Shown here one piece after another: positions 52,825 through 62,090 of a DNA stretch of 64,000 bases (position 1 is its first letter; every line of letters starts with the position of its first letter). The stretch comes from Patescibacteria group bacterium (lineage in GTDB: Bacteria > Patescibacteriota > Microgenomatia > Levybacterales > GWA1-39-11): NCBI GenBank assembly GCA_035549315.1, contig DASZRC010000027.1, positions 4,514 through 68,513 on the forward strand. The letters are read 5' to 3'. The notes below the pieces were generated by a model, which was given only the letters and a program-made list of their open reading frames with translations, was not told where the DNA came from and did not search any database. The position numbers were made by a program, and so were the translations under genes.

Positions 52825-55231
52825 TTCATTTTCAACACTAGTAATTAATGTAGTTCTTGCTTTTGTGATTGCGTTTTTACTTTCCTCAATTATTATTGCT
52901 TGTCTTGTAGGAATTGCTATTGCTTTTGGGTTCTGGCAGAAAAGTAAAAAAAGACAAGAGAGAGCTATTGATACTGTCTTATTAGAAGTGTCTTTGCCTC
53001 GCGAAAATGAAATAAAGATTGATGCAGCTGAACAGCTTTTCTCAAGCCTCACATCCATGAAAGGAACAAAAGGAATGTTGTCATTCCTAAAACTTGCAGA
53101 TAGCATTTCTTTTGAAATTGTTGCGCGTCCACAAGACATTAGATTCTACATTGGAGTTTCAAATAAATTAAAGGACATGGTTGAGAAACAAATTCATGGG
53201 GCCTACCCTGACGCACAAATTTTGGAAGTTGAAGACTACAATCTTTTTCAACACCCTGGAAAAATAGCCTATGCATCCTTAAAACTTGAGAAGTCTAATT
53301 ATTTACCAATCAAAACCTATAAGGATCTAGCTATTGATCCATTGTCTTCAATCACAAGCACTATTGGGAAAATGGTAGAAGGAGAAGCAGCTGCCATACA
53401 AATATTAATAACTCCCGGCGGAGATGCTTGGAAAAAAGCAGGGAGAGAATATATTACAACTACCAAAAAACGCGAGGCAAATCCTGAAACAGCAAAGTAC
53501 TCTGTTGACCAAAAAGAATTAGAAGCAATTGAGCAGAAAATTACAAAGCCCGGGTTTATGACTTACGTCAGAATAATGGCAGTAGCCCCAACAAAAGAGG
53601 CAGCAGATATCCACCTATCAAATATAGAAGGGGCGTTTTCTCAATTTTCATCCTTTAATTCTTTTGGAACGGAAAAAAATAAATTTTTCAAAGGAATGGC
53701 GATTGTTGATTTTATATACCGCCAACTCCCACTTATTCCAAAAAATCTTGGCGTCTTAGCAACAGATGAACTTGCAACCATTTTCCACTTTCCAAATAAA
53801 ACCGTTGAGACACCAAGCATTCACTGGCTTGGAGCTCGCGTTGCTCCGGCTCCTGCTAATATTCCAAACCATGGCCTATTCTTAGGAAAGAGTGTTTACA
53901 GAGGACAAGAAAGACCAATATTTATTGGGGATGATGACAGAAGGCGACATATGTATATCATTGGAAAAACCGGAGTAGGAAAATCAGAATTCTTAAAAGA
54001 CATGATTCTGCAAGATATTAGGGAAGGAAAAGGAGTCTGTTTTATTGACCCGCACGACACAATAGATATGATTCTTCCTCTTATTCCGCCGGAAAGAGCT
54101 GAGGATGTAATCTTGTTTGACCCGTCTGATACAGAACGCCCCATGGGAATTAACTTCTTGGACGCAGACACTGAAGAACAAAAAGATCTTATCTGTTCTT
54201 CAATCATAGGACTTATGTACAAACTTTACGACCCTAATAAAACAGGTATTATTGGTCCGCGTTTTGAGCACGCAATTAGAAATGCAATGTTAACCGTTAT
54301 GACTGAAAAGGGAAATACTTTTGTAGAAGTTGTTAGGGTCTTAACAGATGCTTCTTTTGTTCAGGAGTTATTGCCAAAACTTCAGGATCCCATGGTAAGA
54401 CGTTATTGGACAGACCAAATTGCACAAACTTCTGACTTCCACAAATCAGAAGTTCTTGATTACATTGTTTCAAAGTTTGGAAGATTTGTTACAAACCGTA
54501 TGGTAAGAAATATTATTGGACAAAGTGAATCCGGATTTAACTTCCGTAAAGTTATGGATGAAGGGAAAATTCTCCTGATCTCTCTTGCAAAAGGAAAGAT
54601 TGGAGAAGATAATGCTGCTTTTCTTGGTCTAATTCTTGTTCCAAGAATCTTGGCTGCTGCTATGAGTAGGCAAGATATTCCACAAGACCAAAGGCGCGAC
54701 TTTTATCTATATGTTGATGAGTTCCAAAATTTCGCTACTCCTGACTTTGGACAGATTTTGTCTGAGGCAAGAAAATACAAGCTTAACTTAATTGTTGCAA
54801 ACCAGTTTATTGGACAAATTGAAGAAGATGTTAAGAACGCAATTTTTGGAAATGCCGGTACAATAATTTCTTTCCGTGTTGGAGTATCTGATGCAAATTA
54901 TTTACAACATGAATTCCAGCCAATATTTAATGAGGCGGATTTAATTAACGTAGAGGTTTACCATGCATATATTAAAACTCTTATTGGAAACGAACCAACG
55001 CCTCCTTTCTCTCTTGACCTTACAAAGGATATTGCTGCAGAGAAAAAAATGGAAAACCCAAGAGTTGCAGAATTAGTACGGGAACTATCACGTCTTAAAT
55101 ACGGTAAGCCAAAAGATTTGGTGGAAGCAGAAATTGCAAAGCGTTCAAGGCTTTACGAAGTCTTGGGTGATATTCAATCTAGTATTGAGGGGAATAATGA
55201 ATCCGGTCTTGGACCGGGAGGAAGTATTTAG
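52814..55231 (+). CDS. TraD/TraG/VirD4-family (DUF87-like) membrane-anchored ATPase, a type IV secretion coupling-protein homolog
   Basis: Two N-terminal TM segments, a Walker A (IIGKTGVGKSEF), a Walker B (FYLYVDEFQNF) and a conserved C-terminal region of VirD4/TraG-like ATPases. Confidence 0.65.
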   Translation: MQLDSFSTLVINVVLAFVIAFLLSSIIIACLVGIAIAFGFWQKSKKRQERAIDTVLLEVSLPRENEIKIDAAEQLFSSLTSMKGTKGMLSFLKLADSISFEIVARPQDIRFYIGVSNKLKDMVEKQIHGAYPDAQILEVEDYNLFQHPGKIAYASLKLEKSNYLPIKTYKDLAIDPLSSITSTIGKMVEGEAAAIQILITPGGDAWKKAGREYITTTKKREANPETAKYSVDQKELEAIEQKITKPGFMTYVRIMAVAPTKEAADIHLSNIEGAFSQFSSFNSFGTEKNKFFKGMAIVDFIYRQLPLIPKNLGVLATDELATIFHFPNKTVETPSIHWLGARVAPAPANIPNHGLFLGKSVYRGQERPIFIGDDDRRRHMYIIGKTGVGKSEFLKDMILQDIREGKGVCFIDPHDTIDMILPLIPPERAEDVILFDPSDTERPMGINFLDADTEEQKDLICSSIIGLMYKLYDPNKTGIIGPRFEHAIRNAMLTVMTEKGNTFVEVVRVLTDASFVQELLPKLQDPMVRRYWTDQIAQTSDFHKSEVLDYIVSKFGRFVTNRMVRNIIGQSESGFNFRKVMDEGKILLISLAKGKIGEDNAAFLGLILVPRILAAAMSRQDIPQDQRRDFYLYVDEFQNFATPDFGQILSEARKYKLNLIVANQFIGQIEEDVKNAIFGNAGTIISFRVGVSDANYLQHEFQPIFNEADLINVEVYHAYIKTLIGNEPTPPFSLDLTKDIAAEKKMENPRVAELVRELSRLKYGKPKDLVEAEIAKRSRLYEVLGDIQSSIEGNNESGLGPGGSI

Positions 55232-55255
55232 GTTATAGGCAATAGGTATTAGGGG

Positions 55256-55328
55256 TGGGCGCGATAGGACTCGAACCTATGACCAGGTGTGTATAAGACA
55301 CCCGCTCTACCAACTGAGCTACACGCCC
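55256..55328 (-). tRNA. tRNA-Ile with a genomically encoded UAU anticodon
   Basis: A canonical 73-nt cloverleaf: acceptor GGGCGTG/CGCGCCC, D-arm TAGCTCAGTTGGTAGAGC, anticodon stem GGTGT/ACACC, loop CTTATAC and T-loop GGTTCGAGTCC. Confidence 0.8.
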
Positions 55329-55421
55329 TCGTGAGTAATCCTTATTATACCAATAATGTGCGTAAAGTTGAAGCTTTGAGATAGATTTGATTAGCTTCAA
55401 TCTGATATAATAAAATCTCCA

Positions 55422-57182
55422 ATGAGAAAGTTTTTCTTACTGCTCCTATTGGGATTATTTGTATTCCTGAAACTATCTCCTATTACTCAGGTTTTTTCTG
55501 AAGATGATATAAACTCCCTTAACCTTGACCAAATCAATACCAAACTATCAGAACTCCAAAACGCACTTAGCTCATCACAAAAAGCCACGGCCCCTCTTGA
55601 ATCACAAGTTGCAAGTCTTCAGACGCAACTTAAGGGAATTGAAAATAGAGTTGCAGCAATAGAAGTAGACCTTGCCGAAAAGAAAAAATTTATTGATGAA
55701 GGCTATAAGGAACTAGAAGCAAATAAAGATGTATTCAATAAAACAGTTCGCGACTACTATATTAAAAGCTACTTCTTCTCCCCACTACTAATTTTTGCGT
55801 CAAGTACCGATGCTGCAAATGTCACAAGACTTATTGTTTACCAAAAAAAAGGCGCTGATAAAGACAAGGATACAATAACTTCTCTTGCCCTAAAATTGGT
55901 TGACTTAGAAAATAGAAAAGCAAAACTGGAAGATGAAGAATCAAAGTTATCATCGGTTAAAGATAAATTAGCTAGTGAAAAAGGAGAACTTGATAAGGTT
56001 GTTAAGGGCGCAAAGGATTACCAAGCAACTCTTACCAACCAGATAGCTCAACTCTCTGCCCGCCAGAAAGATATTTTGAACCAAAGGCTTGGAAGTCTTA
56101 ATATTCCAACCACTGCTTACACATCTCAAGGGGGATGTTCTGATGATAGATCTGTTAATCCAGGATTCTCCCCAAGAATTGCATTTTTTACATACGGAGT
56201 TCCAAATCGCGTTGGATTAAATCAGTACGGAGCAAAAGGAAGAGCAGAAGCAGGACAGAACGCACAGCAAATTTTACAAGCATATTACAATGCGGATTAC
56301 ACAACAGGCTACAATACTGGAATAAATATTCACGTAACAGGAACCAATGAATATGGTCAGTCATTTGATACAAACTGGAATATAGAAGAATACTTAAAAC
56401 ACGTTTATGAGATTCCAGCCACCTGGCCCGCAGAAGCTCTAAAGGCTCAAGCGATTGCTGCAAGATCATACGCCTTATCAAGGACAAACAACGGAGCTAA
56501 TGCAATTTGTCCTAGCCAATCATGCCAAGTTGTAAAACAAGAACAAAATGCCCAAGCCTGGATAGACGCAGTTAACGCAACATCAGGAATTGTATTAACC
56601 TCTGGCGGCAACCCAATAACAGCCTGGTTTTCATCTACTCATGGTGGATACGTATTTTCATCCGGAGATATTGGATGGTCAGGGACTTCCTACACAAAAC
56701 ATGCAACAGACACAACAACCGGATCCGCTTCATCATTTTCCGATCTACAATCAAACGCTTATGACAAAGGCTCTCCTTGGTTTTATTGTGACTGGGGATC
56801 ACGCGCATCCTACAACAAAACCGCCTGGCTAAAACCATCTGAGGTTGCAGATATTGTAAATGTAATTCTTCTTGCACGCGCTGACTCATCAACAAATGAA
56901 CATCTATACCAAACAGACAAAGCCAATCCTGCCGGAACAGATACATGGAATGAGGATAAAGTTCGCCAAGAACTTAGGAATAGAAATATAAATCCATATT
57001 CAAATGTCACCGATATATCTGTGAACGCAGACTTTGGAGTAGGGAAAACCAATTCTATTAATATAAGTGGTGATGGCGGATCCCAAAATATTTCCGGAGA
57101 TGAGTTTAAAAATTGGTTTAATCTTAGGGCTCCCGGTAATCTCCAAATAGTTGGCCCACTATTTAATACGGAAAAACAGTAG
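55422..57182 (+). CDS. SpoIID/LytB-domain protein with an N-terminal signal/TM and a long coiled coil (a peptidoglycan-remodelling lytic transglycosylase-like protein)
   Basis: The C-terminal SpoIID motif is …EALKAQAIAARSYALS… and the N-terminal coiled coil runs over residues 30-210. Confidence 0.7.
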   Translation: MRKFFLLLLLGLFVFLKLSPITQVFSEDDINSLNLDQINTKLSELQNALSSSQKATAPLESQVASLQTQLKGIENRVAAIEVDLAEKKKFIDEGYKELEANKDVFNKTVRDYYIKSYFFSPLLIFASSTDAANVTRLIVYQKKGADKDKDTITSLALKLVDLENRKAKLEDEESKLSSVKDKLASEKGELDKVVKGAKDYQATLTNQIAQLSARQKDILNQRLGSLNIPTTAYTSQGGCSDDRSVNPGFSPRIAFFTYGVPNRVGLNQYGAKGRAEAGQNAQQILQAYYNADYTTGYNTGINIHVTGTNEYGQSFDTNWNIEEYLKHVYEIPATWPAEALKAQAIAARSYALSRTNNGANAICPSQSCQVVKQEQNAQAWIDAVNATSGIVLTSGGNPITAWFSSTHGGYVFSSGDIGWSGTSYTKHATDTTTGSASSFSDLQSNAYDKGSPWFYCDWGSRASYNKTAWLKPSEVADIVNVILLARADSSTNEHLYQTDKANPAGTDTWNEDKVRQELRNRNINPYSNVTDISVNADFGVGKTNSINISGDGGSQNISGDEFKNWFNLRAPGNLQIVGPLFNTEKQ

Positions 57183-57238
57183 GCTAGCTGATAAGCTTAG
57201 GGCTAGCAATTTTTATTTCTTAATTCTTAATTTTTATT

Positions 57239-57270
57239 GACTCCGATCAAATCGGAGTTGAATTTTTAAT
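57239..57270 (+). terminator. Rho-independent-terminator-like hairpin CTCCGAT-CAA-ATCGGAG followed by a T-rich tract
   Basis: Seen in the sequence, downstream of the SpoIID gene. Confidence 0.45.
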
Positions 57271-57367
57271 GCTTTAAACATTGAAAATTAACAATTGATT
57301 AGAAATTAGTAATTAAAAATTGGAAATTAAATGGAAATCCATTTGAAATGGTATAATTGTAAGAAGT

Positions 57368-58021
57368 ATGCCGGAAGATTTAGAGGGAGAGTTTGTTCTT
57401 AAAGATAAAGATAGCAAAACCGTAGCGACTAACGAGCCGCAAAATGTGGTAAGTGCTCCTGAAAAGAAATTAACAAATATTCATTTCTTAAGCTCCCTTG
57501 CAAAATATCCGGCAGATGTTACTTTTGAAAATCAGGAAGAGGATGAGGAGATAATCCTACTTGTAAGGCGGGACCTTATTACAAATGTACCTTGGCTACT
57601 TGCTGCAATAATTTTAATTTTTATTCCTCCATTAATTTCTTTGTTTTCTGATTTATTTGCGCCTTTCTTTACTGTGTCTCCAGAGACTCAACTTGTTGCA
57701 GTATTATTTTATTACCTAATAGTTATTGGGTTTATTATTGTGCAGTATACATTGTGGTATTTTAACGTTGGGCTTGTCACAAATAAAAGAATTGTTGATC
57801 TTAATCTATCCGGAATACTTTTTAAACAAGTAGCAGAAACCAGACTTAATCTTATAGAAGATGTTTCCTACAGCCAAATTGGTACAATACGATCTGTTTT
57901 TGACTACGGAGATGTCTTTATGCAAACTGCCGGAACCAATGAAAACTTTGAGTTTGATAGGGCTCCGGAGCCGGCTTTAGTCACAAGAATAATTGCGGAT
58001 TTGATTGGAGGACCAAGGTAA
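57368..58021 (+). CDS. Bacterial PH-domain (YdbS/YdbT-like) membrane protein
   Basis: Two TM helices are followed by a PH-like beta domain. An extended -10 TGGTATAAT lies 12 nt upstream. Confidence 0.5.
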   Translation: MPEDLEGEFVLKDKDSKTVATNEPQNVVSAPEKKLTNIHFLSSLAKYPADVTFENQEEDEEIILLVRRDLITNVPWLLAAIILIFIPPLISLFSDLFAPFFTVSPETQLVAVLFYYLIVIGFIIVQYTLWYFNVGLVTNKRIVDLNLSGILFKQVAETRLNLIEDVSYSQIGTIRSVFDYGDVFMQTAGTNENFEFDRAPEPALVTRIIADLIGGPR

Positions 58022-58022
58022 A

Positions 58023-58259
58023 ATGGATGCTATAAACCAAATATTATCTATTTTTTCAGACCAAGACGGATTATTCCGCTTCGCGCTTATTATTTTGATT
58101 TCTTTATATACCCTGTTTGCCTTGATTATTTTGATCCAAATAAGAAGCCTAAATAGAATCATAAACCAAGTTAAGTTCTCCCCTATCTTCTTTTTCTTGG
58201 CGTTTAACCATTTCCTTGCGGCTATTGCGCTACTTGTGTTTACAGTGTTATTCTTATAG
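58023..58259 (+). CDS. Small hydrophobic protein (~79 aa)
   Basis: ORF with two TM segments. It is translationally coupled to the PH-domain gene. Confidence 0.3.
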   Translation: MDAINQILSIFSDQDGLFRFALIILISLYTLFALIILIQIRSLNRIINQVKFSPIFFFLAFNHFLAAIALLVFTVLFL

Positions 58260-58264
58260 TACGC

Positions 58265-60112
58265 ATGGATACGAACGTTTTGCTGTCCAAAATTGTTGCT
58301 ACCCCAAAAGAATCTGGCTGGTCACAGGCTTATTCCACTTTGAACCTCTATATTGTTCTAAGTATTAAGTCCGACCAATCTGATCAACCAACAACCAGTG
58401 GTGAAACAGGAAAAATAGTTGCTGAAGGAAAAGAACTATTTGAAAGGATTCAAAGAGAATACTTCTCACTAGATGAGAAAAATCTTAAAAAGATTAAAGA
58501 GAGTGTAGATGCTGCCCTTGATGGAATTGAGGATAAAAGTAGAATTTCTGTCTTACTTGCAACCCTAACAGATAACATTCTCTACATTGTTATTGCTACC
58601 GGTGGAAGTGTGATTCTAAAAAGAGAAGATAAACTTGGTGTTATTGCCAAAGGAACACCTGGGATAACAGAAGCTTTTTCCGGAGAATTAAAAAATAATG
58701 ACATTGTATTAATTGAAACAGAAGATTTTGCAAACAAATTACCAATAGCAAAGCTTACAGAAGTTCTTGACCACCTTGAAGTTTCTGAGATATCAGAAAG
58801 TCTTGCTCCTTTAATTCATGAAGATTCTTTGGGAAGTGAAGCGGCAATTGTACTGCAATATAAAAATCTTTCGGAAAAAGAAGAGATGGCCGCAGGCCCA
58901 GGAGAAGTTATTGATACTGACGAATCAGGAGAAACTGAACAACCACACACAAGTGGGGAATCTGTATTTGATGAACCCGTTGAAGAAGAAATAAAACATG
59001 AAAAAGCAGAAAGCCATATGCCTTCTATTAAGGCTCCAAAAATAAACGCACCAAGCTTTAAGGCAGGAGGCAAAAAGAAATTAATAATCGCTGCAATTAT
59101 TATTCTTGTTGTAATACTTCTTGGAAGTATTGTTTTTGAAAGGTCAAGAATGGATGCTAAAAAGAGGGCTTCTGTCCTAAATGAAATCTTAGGACCTGCA
59201 CAGAAAAAGTATGATGAGGCCAGTGATTTAATATCCCTTAACAAGGGTCTTGCGCTAGATGACTTTAATGAACTAAAAGCAGACCTTGACCGTGATCAAG
59301 CAAAATTAAAGACGGGAACCCCTGAACGCCAAAAACTTGATGAGTTTATAGGAAAGGTAGAATCAAAGATTGGAGAGCTCGGAACAGGAAATACGGTAAC
59401 AGGAGACAAAGTTATTTTTGATAATGTATCTCTTGTTTACTTTAACGGTTCAAAGATTGTTGCGACAGATAAAGATGGAAAAGGATATGTACTAGATACA
59501 GACGGCACTAAACAAGAAGATCTTTCAACAGATAATAAAAATACTGTTGCCATAACAGCTAGCGATACAGACGTTTTCATAATGGGAGATGATGGAATTA
59601 CAAGAAGTCCAATTGCAGGAGGAACTTCTAAAACCGCTGTTAAAGATGCTGCTGACACAATTTCTATGGGAACTTTTGGAACCAATCTCTACGGACTTAA
59701 TTCCAAAGATAAAACAGTTTACAAATATGCTGGCGGAACAACAAAGGGTGATTACTTTACGGGGGACGTAACACTTAATAATCCAACAAGTATGGCAATT
59801 GACAGCTCAATCTGGATAATGGACGATGGAAAGATAAAAAGGTTTACCAGAGGCAAAGAAGATAGCTTTATTGTAAATGGACTAACAGGAGACATTTCAC
59901 CCGATTCACAAATATTTACCGGGGTTGATTATGCAAACGTTTACGTCTTGGATAAAAAGGCCGCCAAGATAATATCGATCAACAAAAGTGGTGAAGTCCA
60001 AAACCAATATATGTGGACCAAACTATCTGGTGCAACATCATTTGCAGTCAATGAAGACGGCAAAAAAATCTACATCACAATAGACAACAAACTTTACTCC
60101 ATAGACCTCTAA
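58265..60112 (+). CDS. Membrane protein with an N-terminal cytoplasmic domain, an acidic linker, one TM and a C-terminal extracytoplasmic beta-propeller-like repeat domain
   Basis: A TM lies at residues ~270-290. The C-terminal repeats are of the form …(D/N)x(I/V)Y(V/I)xD…G.I.R/K…. Confidence 0.5.
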   Translation: MDTNVLLSKIVATPKESGWSQAYSTLNLYIVLSIKSDQSDQPTTSGETGKIVAEGKELFERIQREYFSLDEKNLKKIKESVDAALDGIEDKSRISVLLATLTDNILYIVIATGGSVILKREDKLGVIAKGTPGITEAFSGELKNNDIVLIETEDFANKLPIAKLTEVLDHLEVSEISESLAPLIHEDSLGSEAAIVLQYKNLSEKEEMAAGPGEVIDTDESGETEQPHTSGESVFDEPVEEEIKHEKAESHMPSIKAPKINAPSFKAGGKKKLIIAAIIILVVILLGSIVFERSRMDAKKRASVLNEILGPAQKKYDEASDLISLNKGLALDDFNELKADLDRDQAKLKTGTPERQKLDEFIGKVESKIGELGTGNTVTGDKVIFDNVSLVYFNGSKIVATDKDGKGYVLDTDGTKQEDLSTDNKNTVAITASDTDVFIMGDDGITRSPIAGGTSKTAVKDAADTISMGTFGTNLYGLNSKDKTVYKYAGGTTKGDYFTGDVTLNNPTSMAIDSSIWIMDDGKIKRFTRGKEDSFIVNGLTGDISPDSQIFTGVDYANVYVLDKKAAKIISINKSGEVQNQYMWTKLSGATSFAVNEDGKKIYITIDNKLYSIDL

Positions 60113-60153
60113 TTAGCTTATGGCTGATAGCAATTCGTTTTTCGTAATTCGCC

Positions 60154-60178
60154 GTTCGTCCGCCAGCTGGCGGATTCG
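60154..60178. repeat. Second copy, in reverse orientation, of the element CGAATCCGCCAGCTGGCGGACGAAC
   Basis: The reverse complement is identical to 22159..22183. Confidence 0.8.
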
Positions 60179-60244
60179 TTATATCATTCATCATTAATCT
60201 ACAATCAATAATCATTAATTTATTATTGTTGGTATAATAGGTTC

Positions 60245-60685
60245 ATGCGAGTTGTTAATAAATTTGCCAATACGTATAAGCCTCTTGATAAAATTGAGGC
60301 AGGCATTGCTTTGCTTGGAAGTGAGGTAAAGGCTTTACGTGAAGGACATGCTGACATAACCGGCAGCTATATTAGAATAAGTGGTCTTGAGGCATATCTA
60401 GTTAATGGAAAGATTTTTCCATATAAGTTTTCTAGAATTGGCGGATACCAAGAAGATAGAAGCAGAAAACTATTGCTCCATAAAAAGGAAATATTGGCTT
60501 TGAAAAGCAAAATGGATCAAGGGAAATATACAATTATTCCGCTGGCAATTTATTTAAAAGACAGAAATTTTAAAGTTGAAATAGCTCTTGTTGAAAGCAA
60601 AGATAAAAGAGAAAAAAGGCGGGACAAAAGACGTGACACTATGGAACGCGACGAAGCGCGGGAAATAAAAAACCTAGTTTCCTAA
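60245..60685 (+). CDS. smpB: SsrA-binding protein SmpB
   Basis: SmpB core (…GIALLGSEVKALREGHADITGSYI…LLHKKEILAL…) and a basic C-terminal tail. Confidence 0.85.
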   Translation: MRVVNKFANTYKPLDKIEAGIALLGSEVKALREGHADITGSYIRISGLEAYLVNGKIFPYKFSRIGGYQEDRSRKLLLHKKEILALKSKMDQGKYTIIPLAIYLKDRNFKVEIALVESKDKREKRRDKRRDTMERDEAREIKNLVS

Positions 60686-60781
60686 TTTTCTCTCCGCATC
60701 CCAGAACTACCTAAAATGTCTCCTATTTAGCCTCAGATTGGGCTTGAAAATAGACCTATAATTTGGTATAATAATGGCCTT

Positions 60782-61193
60782 GGGGATGCATTGCATCGAC
60801 AAGGTTGCTCATTAAAAACTGCAAGCCGATAATGATACTAATCGCAAAATTGTATCAAAAATAAATGCTGACGGAGTTATATCCAAAGGCCGTGGGTTAA
60901 TGCCAAAATTGGCAGATGCCTTCTCACCAAAAGCTTATGCTTTTAGTGGGTTAGCTGCTTAAAAAACAGCCACTATTTACACCGTTTCTTTTCTCAAGCG
61001 GATAGGTGTAGGTAAAAACAAAGTTTGAGATAGGATAAGGAAGTTGATTTGGTCCTTACTCCAAAACTAAGAATCTTGGAATTGTTTTCCCCGCCAATTG
61101 GGTCAGAACAAGACGACAATTAAGATTTGGCTAAGCTTGTAGATGTTTTTAGAGAGTCAATTTTGGACGAGGGTTCATTACCCTCCATCTCCA
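60782..61193 (+). ncRNA. ssrA: tmRNA (SsrA), ~412 nt
   Basis: The 5' end GGGGATGCATTGCATCGACAAGG pairs with the 3' end CATCTCC-A to form an acceptor stem carrying the G3·U70 alanine identity pair. T-arm GAGGG-TTCATTA-CCCTC. An internal tag ORF ends …AYAFSGLAA-TAA. The gene lies immediately downstream of smpB. Confidence 0.7.
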
Positions 61194-61219
61194 CAAAAGT
61201 TAGTAGTAGAGCATACCCA

Positions 61220-61948
61220 TTAAATCTCCCTTGCGAAGGTGACGCCGAGAACGCGTTTAACGCCATTTTTCTTAAGAACGCTTGATGCTGCCTTAAGTGT
61301 TGCAAAACTTGTGGCAATATCATCAATCAAAATCACAGATTCTGGGATTCGTTTGGCGACGGATAAATTTTTAGACTTTTTATAGATATTTGTAATTTCA
61401 AATGCATTTTTAAGATTTTCAAATCTTTCAATTTTATTTAATTTATATTGTGGTTTTGTATCTTTGATACGTTGTAATAAGTCCGTATTTAATTTAAGGC
61501 CAAAATATTGTGCGACATAATAACCAATCAACTCAGCATGGTTATATCCACGGGTTCTCAGTCTTTTTTCACTTAATGGAATGGGAATTATAACGGGGTT
61601 ATACTCTTCTAAAAATTTGTAGAATGACTCATTCTGTATCAACCCCTCTATTAGGACTTTAGAAATTATCACCGCAAGTGCCTTAATATATGGAGGATAT
61701 TTCAGACGAAAAATTAGCTTTTTTACAATATTGTTATAGTTTGTAATAGAGACAACTCCGTCTATCCCACCCCTTTTTAGACACCCATTATGCGTCATTC
61801 CATTGATGGAGGGCCTAAGGCAAACTGGACAAGAATAGTTATCAGAATATTCTATTTTTACAATGCAGTTATGGCAAACGTATTCGCCGAATCTACGACA
61901 ATTTACGCATTTTTTGGGAAAAATAATGTCAAGAAGTTTCATGATCAA
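61220..61948 (-). CDS. comF: ComF-family protein (ComFC-like phosphoribosyltransferase with an N-terminal zinc finger)
   Basis: Two Cys pairs form the zinc finger. The PRTase motif is VILIDDIATSFATL. Confidence 0.75.
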   Translation of the reverse strand: MIMKLLDIIFPKKCVNCRRFGEYVCHNCIVKIEYSDNYSCPVCLRPSINGMTHNGCLKRGGIDGVVSITNYNNIVKKLIFRLKYPPYIKALAVIISKVLIEGLIQNESFYKFLEEYNPVIIPIPLSEKRLRTRGYNHAELIGYYVAQYFGLKLNTDLLQRIKDTKPQYKLNKIERFENLKNAFEITNIYKKSKNLSVAKRIPESVILIDDIATSFATLKAASSVLKKNGVKRVLGVTFAREI

Positions 61949-61988
61949 AAAATGATTAATGATTTACGAATAACGAATAATGAATGCA

Positions 61989-62016
61989 TCTTTAATCTTT
62001 AATCTTTAATCTTTAA
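61989..62016. repeat. Heptanucleotide tandem repeat (TCTTTAA)x4 in the divergent intergenic region between comF and the SOD gene
   Basis: Seen in the sequence. Confidence 0.85.
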
Positions 62017-62090
62017 TCTTTAATACTGTTATCATATATCTATTAACTCTTTCTTACAAAATTATAATGGTGTAGAATTAGGATAATAAT

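Noticed and set aside
52437-53139. Minus-strand ORFs 52437..52838 and 52723..53139
   Set aside because: They are antisense to 52387..52824 and to the 5' end of the VirD4-like ATPase. Their Cys/Phe-rich translations are typical of shadow frames.
61120-61326. 68-aa minus-strand ORF
   Set aside because: It overlaps the 3' tRNA-like domain of the tmRNA (60782..61193) and the 3' end of comF.
23531-62016. Possibility that the short tandem repeats (GGTCAAT x4, TCTTTAA x4) or the palindromic repeats represent a CRISPR array
   Set aside because: The units are 7 bp tandem repeats with no spacers, or isolated 20-25 bp palindromes many kilobases apart. There is no repeat-spacer periodicity and no cas genes in the window.
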